DNA from: a bacterium
GTDB taxonomy: Bacteria; Zhuqueibacterota; Zhuqueibacteria; Residuimicrobiales; Krinioviventaceae
Assembly: GCA_963675755.2 (NCBI GenBank)
Contig: CAXXMD010000002.1
Coordinates: 736,001-800,000 of the forward strand
DNA length: 64,000 bases
Reading direction: 5' to 3'
The notes beneath the pieces are model-generated. The model did no database searches. It was not told where the DNA came from and saw nothing but the letters and a program-made list of their open reading frames with translations. Positions within the stretch are counted from its first letter, which is position 1, and each line of letters begins with the position of its first letter. Positions 57,765-64,000 of the stretch are shown here, piece after piece. The position numbers and the translations under genes are program-made.

Positions 57765-60299
57765 TCAATTATAGGAAATAGCTACAGTTTCATTTTTCTC
57801 GGTAAATTCAATATCGTTAAATCCATACCCGGATTCATCTGTTATTCTAAAGTATAACCCCATTTCACCAATACGATTAGAAGCCTTGACCATAATGTAA
57901 TTCTGACCAGCATTCAAATTAATTTTGGTCCGCAAACGATCTAATATGGGTTGTTGATATTCATTCTGTGTAACAACTTTACGGTTATTCAACCATACTT
58001 TAATTGGACTCGTTGGTCCTAATCGCAATTCAGCAGTTCGGGATGAAGGCACCCAGACAGGTAAAACAGCATAAACCGCATTGTTATAATGAGCATCACC
58101 AATCTTTTTTAAATCAATAAATCCATCATATAATGCATCGCTATCGGAGATCAAAAAACCTTCATTATCATTATGATAGAGTTCGTTCAATTCATTTTCT
58201 TCAGGATAAAATTGCTGATTAACTCCCTTTTCAATATCATAAGGTCCAAAATATTTCCATTCACTTGATGGTGGCGAACCTGTTCGCTTGACAATTTCAT
58301 TATAATCTTTAAACTCTTGTTTGTAATAATGAATACTTGCCAATGCCATCATCATTGAAATTTCAAAATGACGATTTTCGATTGTTTTAGAAAACGCTAA
58401 CAATTTTTCAATATTTTCTTGATTTAAACGACCGTTATAGTAACCTTGTTTTATTCCATCAAAATAATATCTCCAATAGTTATCCCACGTGATATTGGTC
58501 ATTTGATTTAATGCGGTAGTTATGATTTCATCAAAATCGATTATAAAACTATTATACTCGTCAATATATCCATCATTATATAATATCTCTTTGAATGCCA
58601 AAGCAGATATATTGATCATAGGATCTTTAGTTTTTTCAAGAAGCATAGTTAATAGTTGGTCCGTCTTTTTATAATAATCATCGATTGTAAATGCAAATCG
58701 AACCATTATAAAAATCATATTCGGAGTTATATTTTCCAGAGATTCTGAATTAAGAAATTTATCATAAATTGATTCTATACGTTTTCGGTTTTCAATATTC
58801 TCAGGATCAACAATTAACAATGCCAAAAGTGCATTAAAGTGTTCAGGCTGCTGTTCAAGAATATCTTCCAACACCTCAATAACCTTGTTAAACTTTTTTT
58901 CAACAATATATGTATTGGCCAACAGCAGATATGGATTAACATTGAGTTCAATAGGGCCTTGCTTTTCAATTAGCTCCTTGACAATTTTATGTGCCTTTCG
59001 AGTATCTCCTTTATCAAGATAGGCTGTAACCAAATGATTAGCTGCAGGATAAAAATCTTTATCAATGTCGAGTGATTTCTCAAACATCTCTATGGCTCTG
59101 TCCAGCTCCCCCTGTTCCAGTAATAGTTCACCGTAACTATCCAAAGGATTCGGTTCATCCTGAGCAATATCGATATATTTTTGCAAAGCAGCGTATGCAA
59201 GATCAATTTTACCAATATCTGCATATGCATACCCTAAATGATTATAAGCTAATTTAAAATCAGGATCTAATGCAATAGTAGCCTCATATTGCTCAATTGC
59301 TTTTTCAGATCGGCCTATTTGAAACTGATAAAAGTTAGCCAACTGAAAATGAGCATCTGCATCTTCAGGGAATTGATCTACAAGTTGTTCATAATATTTT
59401 ATCGCTTGAAAAATATCACCGTCAGTAATAGCCTTTGCTCCAAGTATCCTCAATTTTTCTTTAGGGGGAGCATTGGCTGCATAACGAGCAGCTTTTTCAA
59501 GCATTGCTTTCCGTCTTTCAACATTTCTACGCATTCCATAATACTCTGCAAGACGAATATATGCTGAAGCAAAAGTACTATCTATTTCTACAGCTTTTTG
59601 AAATTGTTCAAATGCTTTTTCATAATAGAGTTGATTTTGTAATTTCATGCCTTGTGAATAAAACTTGAAAGCTTCTAACGATTGAAAAGTCAGGTCACCT
59701 TTGTTAACATCAATTTCGTTTAATGCGCTTAGATTAATTTGGAGATTTTCTCTTAACAAATTTGAAATGCGATTGATCATAGAGAATACATTTTCCAGGC
59801 CGCCCCCTGCTTCAATTACTTTTTGCAGTAATCGTCCACTAGTACCTTCTCGCAATTCTAGATCTATGTAAAGTGAATCTGATGCATAGCGAAATTGCCC
59901 ATTGATAAAAACCTGGGCATTGATTTGTTTTGCCAGGTTTGATCCCGTAATTGAATCCTGGATTGCATAAGAATTTATATCTAAATTTTGCATGGCTTCA
60001 TTAATTTGCAACCCGGGGATTATTATTAATTGACGGGATTGAGCAAGCTCTGATGTCAGCATTTCCACAATTCCAGATTCTAGCCAGTTCAAATTTGTAT
60101 CACCTGTTCTGTTCAGGAAATGATAAATGGCAATACTCTTTTTTTGAGATGCCTCAAATTGGATTGTAGAAATGCGGTCTTGCATCAAAGCACTGTTTGG
60201 TTTTGATGCAAGTTTTATTCTGCGATCCATATTTGAATCACAGGAAAAAAGAAAAAAGATAACTACGAATAGAATAATATGCTTAAAAAATCTTGTCAT
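57765..60299 (-). CDS. Large TPR lipoprotein with TolB-N/FlgO-like N-domain and C-terminal beta-sandwich
   Basis: LFSC lipobox; SIAIYHFLNRTGD..WLESGI; multiple TPRs; KVWLNN..LNAGQNYIMVK. Confidence 0.75.
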   Translation of the reverse strand: MTRFFKHIILFVVIFFLFSCDSNMDRRIKLASKPNSALMQDRISTIQFEASQKKSIAIYHFLNRTGDTNLNWLESGIVEMLTSELAQSRQLIIIPGLQINEAMQNLDINSYAIQDSITGSNLAKQINAQVFINGQFRYASDSLYIDLELREGTSGRLLQKVIEAGGGLENVFSMINRISNLLRENLQINLSALNEIDVNKGDLTFQSLEAFKFYSQGMKLQNQLYYEKAFEQFQKAVEIDSTFASAYIRLAEYYGMRRNVERRKAMLEKAARYAANAPPKEKLRILGAKAITDGDIFQAIKYYEQLVDQFPEDADAHFQLANFYQFQIGRSEKAIEQYEATIALDPDFKLAYNHLGYAYADIGKIDLAYAALQKYIDIAQDEPNPLDSYGELLLEQGELDRAIEMFEKSLDIDKDFYPAANHLVTAYLDKGDTRKAHKIVKELIEKQGPIELNVNPYLLLANTYIVEKKFNKVIEVLEDILEQQPEHFNALLALLIVDPENIENRKRIESIYDKFLNSESLENITPNMIFIMVRFAFTIDDYYKKTDQLLTMLLEKTKDPMINISALAFKEILYNDGYIDEYNSFIIDFDEIITTALNQMTNITWDNYWRYYFDGIKQGYYNGRLNQENIEKLLAFSKTIENRHFEISMMMALASIHYYKQEFKDYNEIVKRTGSPPSSEWKYFGPYDIEKGVNQQFYPEENELNELYHNDNEGFLISDSDALYDGFIDLKKIGDAHYNNAVYAVLPVWVPSSRTAELRLGPTSPIKVWLNNRKVVTQNEYQQPILDRLRTKINLNAGQNYIMVKASNRIGEMGLYFRITDESGYGFNDIEFTEKNETVAISYN

Positions 60300-62290
60300 A
60301 TACTCTCTGTTATTTTTGCTACAATAAGGGTTATATCGTCAAATTGGTCCATATCACCAGAAAATTTGTTTACATCATGCAATAAACTTTTTAAAAGAGC
60401 ACCGGATGTTTGATTATTTGAATTTTTAAGAAATTCAACCAATTGATCTTCTCCATATTCCTGGTACGTTTTATTCATTGCTTCAGTAATACCATCTGTA
60501 TAAAATAATAACGTATCTTGTTTATTTAATATAACACATTCTTCATTCAAATACATTTCAAAAGTTTTATTATCTGCTAAACCCAAACCAATTCCAGGAG
60601 GAATATGCATCTCAACCTGGTTATCAAGTTGGTTACGTGCAATCAATAATGCATTATGTCCCGCTCTTACAAATTTAAAAGAATTATCATTTAAATCAAT
60701 AATACCATAGATCATTGTTGCAAATATTTTTCGGTCTATGGTCTCATACAACCGTTGATTTACATTCAACAATAATTCTTTGGGACTTTTTTCAGTGTAC
60801 GCCAAAGCACTCATCATCCCTTTAATTTCAGACATGTAAAATGCAGCAGAAGCACCCTTGCCAGAAACATCTGCAATTGCTATCCCTATTCGTTTTTTAT
60901 CTAGAATAAAATAATCATAATAATCACCACCAATTTCAGCAGTGGAAATACAGACACCACTTATATCAAGGCCTTTAATTTGAGGATCCTGCTGTGGAAG
61001 TAATCGCTGCTGTACAGCTCTGGCAATTTCAAGCTCGCGGCTGAGGCGTTCTTTTTCTGTAACCTCTTTTAAGAGGTTTGCATTTTCAAGAGCAAGAGCA
61101 GCCTGTTTACCCAACGTTGACAAAAATTCCAGTTCGTCAATGCTATATTGCAATTGCGCATTTTTAGTAACAAGGAAAAGTCCTAATAAAATATTTTGAT
61201 TGACAAGAGGCAAAAATATTTGATTTTTCAAAAAACCAAAATGATCTTGAAAAGTATCACTAACAAGTTGCTGATGATTTTGCTCAAGTTGTGCAATATC
61301 AAATGCAGTTTGCTTTTCTAAAAGCAAGGATTTGCATTCTTGAGAAATGGGTACTATTTTATTATTATATTTGGTATCAGGATAAGAATACAGGATACAT
61401 GCATCTGCGGTATTCACCTCTGACGAAACAATCAATAAAGTTCCTCGTGATGCATTCATAGATCTAACAATGTGCTCAGTTATAACCTTGCCCAGCTCTT
61501 CCAGCGTATACGTAAAACCCAGCTGTTTAGTAAATTGTTCAATACTGTTTTTCTCTCGTAACCTTGAAATCATATAATTATAAGATTGAGCAAGTGAGCC
61601 GGTTTCATCGTTACTTGTAACTGATAATGTGTTTTCAAGATTGCCATTAGAAACCTGCAACATTGCATCGGAAAGCTGATTGATTGGACGGGTTATACGG
61701 CGACCAATGATTACAGATGCAATTACGCCAATTAATAAAAATAATAATAATAAATACAAGTTGACAAATGCCCGTTGCCTGAATCTATTGTTAAAATCAA
61801 CCAATGAAAAACCAACATCAACCTTGCCCAACAATTCACGTCCTAAACGAATATTGACTGAAAAATGATCAAAGTCATTTTGACTTTCTTCCGCGACTAA
61901 ACCATTTGCAAGGTTTTCAACAACACGTATTTGTTCTTCACGAGTGAGATAACTGTTATCACCAAGATCCAGCCAGTTATAATTGATTCCAAAAGCAGCC
62001 AGGCTGTTATTTTCATCAAAGATAGCGATATATACCAGATCCTTGCCTATATCTGAGGCAATGATATTATCAATCCATTCCTGATAAACAAACCATCCTG
62101 CTGTTTCAGCTAACCGGATTGATGCAATTTGCTTGGCAACCCGTCCCATATTGTTACGTATTTCCTGTCTTTCAACAGATAATTGACGAACAGTAAAAAA
62201 ATAGGATACAAGTCCCATAATTATCAAAATCAAAACTACAATAGCAATTGTAATTTTGATCCATATTTTATTAAGAAATTGTTTCTTCAT
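60296..62290 (-). CDS. Membrane SpoIIE/RsbU-type PP2C phosphatase (HAMP + GAF)
   Basis: 2 TM helices, HAMP, GAF, and GGDYYD, ADVSGKG, YTDGITE, DDIT motifs. Confidence 0.92.
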   Translation of the reverse strand: MKKQFLNKIWIKITIAIVVLILIIMGLVSYFFTVRQLSVERQEIRNNMGRVAKQIASIRLAETAGWFVYQEWIDNIIASDIGKDLVYIAIFDENNSLAAFGINYNWLDLGDNSYLTREEQIRVVENLANGLVAEESQNDFDHFSVNIRLGRELLGKVDVGFSLVDFNNRFRQRAFVNLYLLLLFLLIGVIASVIIGRRITRPINQLSDAMLQVSNGNLENTLSVTSNDETGSLAQSYNYMISRLREKNSIEQFTKQLGFTYTLEELGKVITEHIVRSMNASRGTLLIVSSEVNTADACILYSYPDTKYNNKIVPISQECKSLLLEKQTAFDIAQLEQNHQQLVSDTFQDHFGFLKNQIFLPLVNQNILLGLFLVTKNAQLQYSIDELEFLSTLGKQAALALENANLLKEVTEKERLSRELEIARAVQQRLLPQQDPQIKGLDISGVCISTAEIGGDYYDYFILDKKRIGIAIADVSGKGASAAFYMSEIKGMMSALAYTEKSPKELLLNVNQRLYETIDRKIFATMIYGIIDLNDNSFKFVRAGHNALLIARNQLDNQVEMHIPPGIGLGLADNKTFEMYLNEECVILNKQDTLLFYTDGITEAMNKTYQEYGEDQLVEFLKNSNNQTSGALLKSLLHDVNKFSGDMDQFDDITLIVAKITESI

Positions 62291-62319
62291 AATTTCTAAA
62301 CTAATGTATCAGTTCTGGT

Positions 62320-63672
62320 TTATATATAATCATGTTTCAGTTGTCTTGTAAATTCTTCAACAGCACTATATCCATATTTCTGAGACCACAGCGGAAATAT
62401 AGTAGTGTTGGATAACAAAAGATCAGTATCATCATACCATAAATTGTTTTCAATCGCTCTTTTCCAATCTGATGTGCCAGGTATAGGTGAAAAAGATGCG
62501 ATATTAATTTTTACACCAAGCGACTTTACAAAATTCACACTCGCCAGTACTTCATTCATATCCTGATCTGGTAAACCCATTAATACATAGACACCAATAT
62601 CGTCAGTACTTATTCCAGAGTTAACAAGATTGGTTATTGCTTGCTCAAGGTCTTTATTATTCACTTTAGACATCTCATGCTGTCTGGCAGGATCTATAGA
62701 TTCAAAACTAAGTCTTACAGTTTGCCCTCCTGCTGCTGCAAACAAGGAAGCAAAATTGTTGCTTACAAATCTGGGCTGTATACCATTTGGCGTATGCAGC
62801 CGGATGTTAATTTTTGATTGAACGAGTTGACGTAATAAAGGTTCAATATATGTTTCTGATTTATATAATAATGCATCATCGTAAAAAGCAACATGAGATA
62901 TTTGTTTTTCATTTACCCAATATTGAATTTCCTGAAATACCTGTTCTGAATTTCGTCTATCAAATTTTGGATTTAAAATATGGGAAGCACAAAAACTACA
63001 ACGGTAAGGGCATCCGGTTGAAGTTAATACTGCAATAGATTCCAATTCAGGGTATAAACCATAGACAGGATATGGTAAATCTGAAAGCTTTTCATAAAGA
63101 TATTCAACATCTGTATCCAATATATGATTTACCAGTTTAATAAATTGTGAAATATCAGAACCGGTAAAAAGATAGTCTGGTGCTATATTCTCCCGGGCAT
63201 GTTCATGTGCCAATGTGGCATATATTCCACCTAAAATTATGGGAGTATCAGGAAAATATTTTTTCAATAAAATGTACATATCTTTTACAGCGGGGTACCA
63301 ATAGGTCATAATTGATGTCAGGCAAATCAAATCCGGTTTTTCAATTCGGTTTTGTAATTCACGATCTATCAATTCAATGGGTAATCCATATCTGCAAAAT
63401 TTACGGTCAATATGTGAAAGAACATCAGGTTTATCAATCGGAACACGATAAAATTTACCGGTACCGTTATTTTTACCATGAGGTATTTTGTAATTTGAAT
63501 CCTTAAAGGAAGGATGATATCTATCCAAACAGTCTAATAATTGCAGATCAAAACCAGCATCTTGCAGTACACCTCCAATTTGTAACAGGCCGAGGGGTTT
63601 TGACCAAAAATCATACGCAGCAAAATCATATATCCATGGATTTACAAGTAAAATCTTTTTGTTCATAATCAA
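62320..63672 (-). CDS. B12-binding-domain radical SAM protein
   Basis: PLGLL, GGIYAT and CPYRCSFC motifs. Confidence 0.88.
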   Translation of the reverse strand: MIMNKKILLVNPWIYDFAAYDFWSKPLGLLQIGGVLQDAGFDLQLLDCLDRYHPSFKDSNYKIPHGKNNGTGKFYRVPIDKPDVLSHIDRKFCRYGLPIELIDRELQNRIEKPDLICLTSIMTYWYPAVKDMYILLKKYFPDTPIILGGIYATLAHEHARENIAPDYLFTGSDISQFIKLVNHILDTDVEYLYEKLSDLPYPVYGLYPELESIAVLTSTGCPYRCSFCASHILNPKFDRRNSEQVFQEIQYWVNEKQISHVAFYDDALLYKSETYIEPLLRQLVQSKINIRLHTPNGIQPRFVSNNFASLFAAAGGQTVRLSFESIDPARQHEMSKVNNKDLEQAITNLVNSGISTDDIGVYVLMGLPDQDMNEVLASVNFVKSLGVKINIASFSPIPGTSDWKRAIENNLWYDDTDLLLSNTTIFPLWSQKYGYSAVEEFTRQLKHDYI

Positions 63673-64000
63673 GAAAACTGGGCAATCATTAACAATATAT
63701 CATCCCGGAGGTCACCATGACTATAATTTCTAACATCCTTAACTATAGACTCGGCAGCTTTGTCAACGGGTTGATCCTTATAATCCTGAAACTTTTTCAG
63801 CAATGAATCAAGCCCAAATTGCTCCTGATATTCATTTTCTGTTTCAATAATTCCATCAGTATAGAGAGCAAGTCTATCACCTGCATGGTATTCAAAAACA
63901 TCTTGCTCAAATATATTATCTTCTACATCAGAAAAGCCAATAATAGGATTTTGTGAAGACAATTTAATGACATTTTGTTCACCTACATGAAACAACAATG
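63669..64000 (-). CDS. SpoIIE/PP2C phosphatase, C-terminal part (5' end outside the window)
   Basis: GDRLALYTDGIIE, QFG and DDILLM motifs. Confidence 0.85.
   Translation of the reverse strand, partial: LLFHVGEQNVIKLSSQNPIIGFSDVEDNIFEQDVFEYHAGDRLALYTDGIIETENEYQEQFGLDSLLKKFQDYKDQPVDKAAESIVKDVRNYSHGDLRDDILLMIAQFS

Overview
AT-rich bacterial chromosomal window, almost all genes on the minus strand. The gene set (short TruB, DUF503 in the infB operon, TonB receptor, heptose genes, Fe-S and oxygen-detox genes) suggests a diderm, probably anaerobic FCB-superphylum relative such as KSB1 or Calditrichota; this is inference only. In window order: pnp, a Gld-like ABC module, and rpsO-ribF-truB-rbfA-DUF503-infB-nusA-rimP with a rimP-leader hairpin; a his operon (hisGDCBHAFI) with an unannotated His-rich leader peptide and attenuator; an atypical acetate-kinase gene; an iscS-iscU-fprA-thyX-lipA run; larA; a TPP riboswitch-controlled TonB receptor; an Orp-like NifX/MinD-ferredoxin/Mrp operon led by PadR; hldA-gmhB; a pentaheme cytochrome plus Cyc2-like cytochrome-porin pair; and a long PP2C/radical SAM/TPR/dNK/PBP1A operon. 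Most notable: (1) a displaced second copy of the ackA 3' end that differs only at synonymous sites (plus a 2-nt indel), separated from the gene by a REP-like doublet and followed by a second palindrome family and heptamer arrays; (2) the Cyc2-like porin-cytochrome and pentaheme operon; (3) the compact His attenuator; (4) eight small indels confined to about 16.2-24.0 kb, most likely sequencing errors. No tRNA, rRNA, CRISPR array, integrase or transposase was seen.
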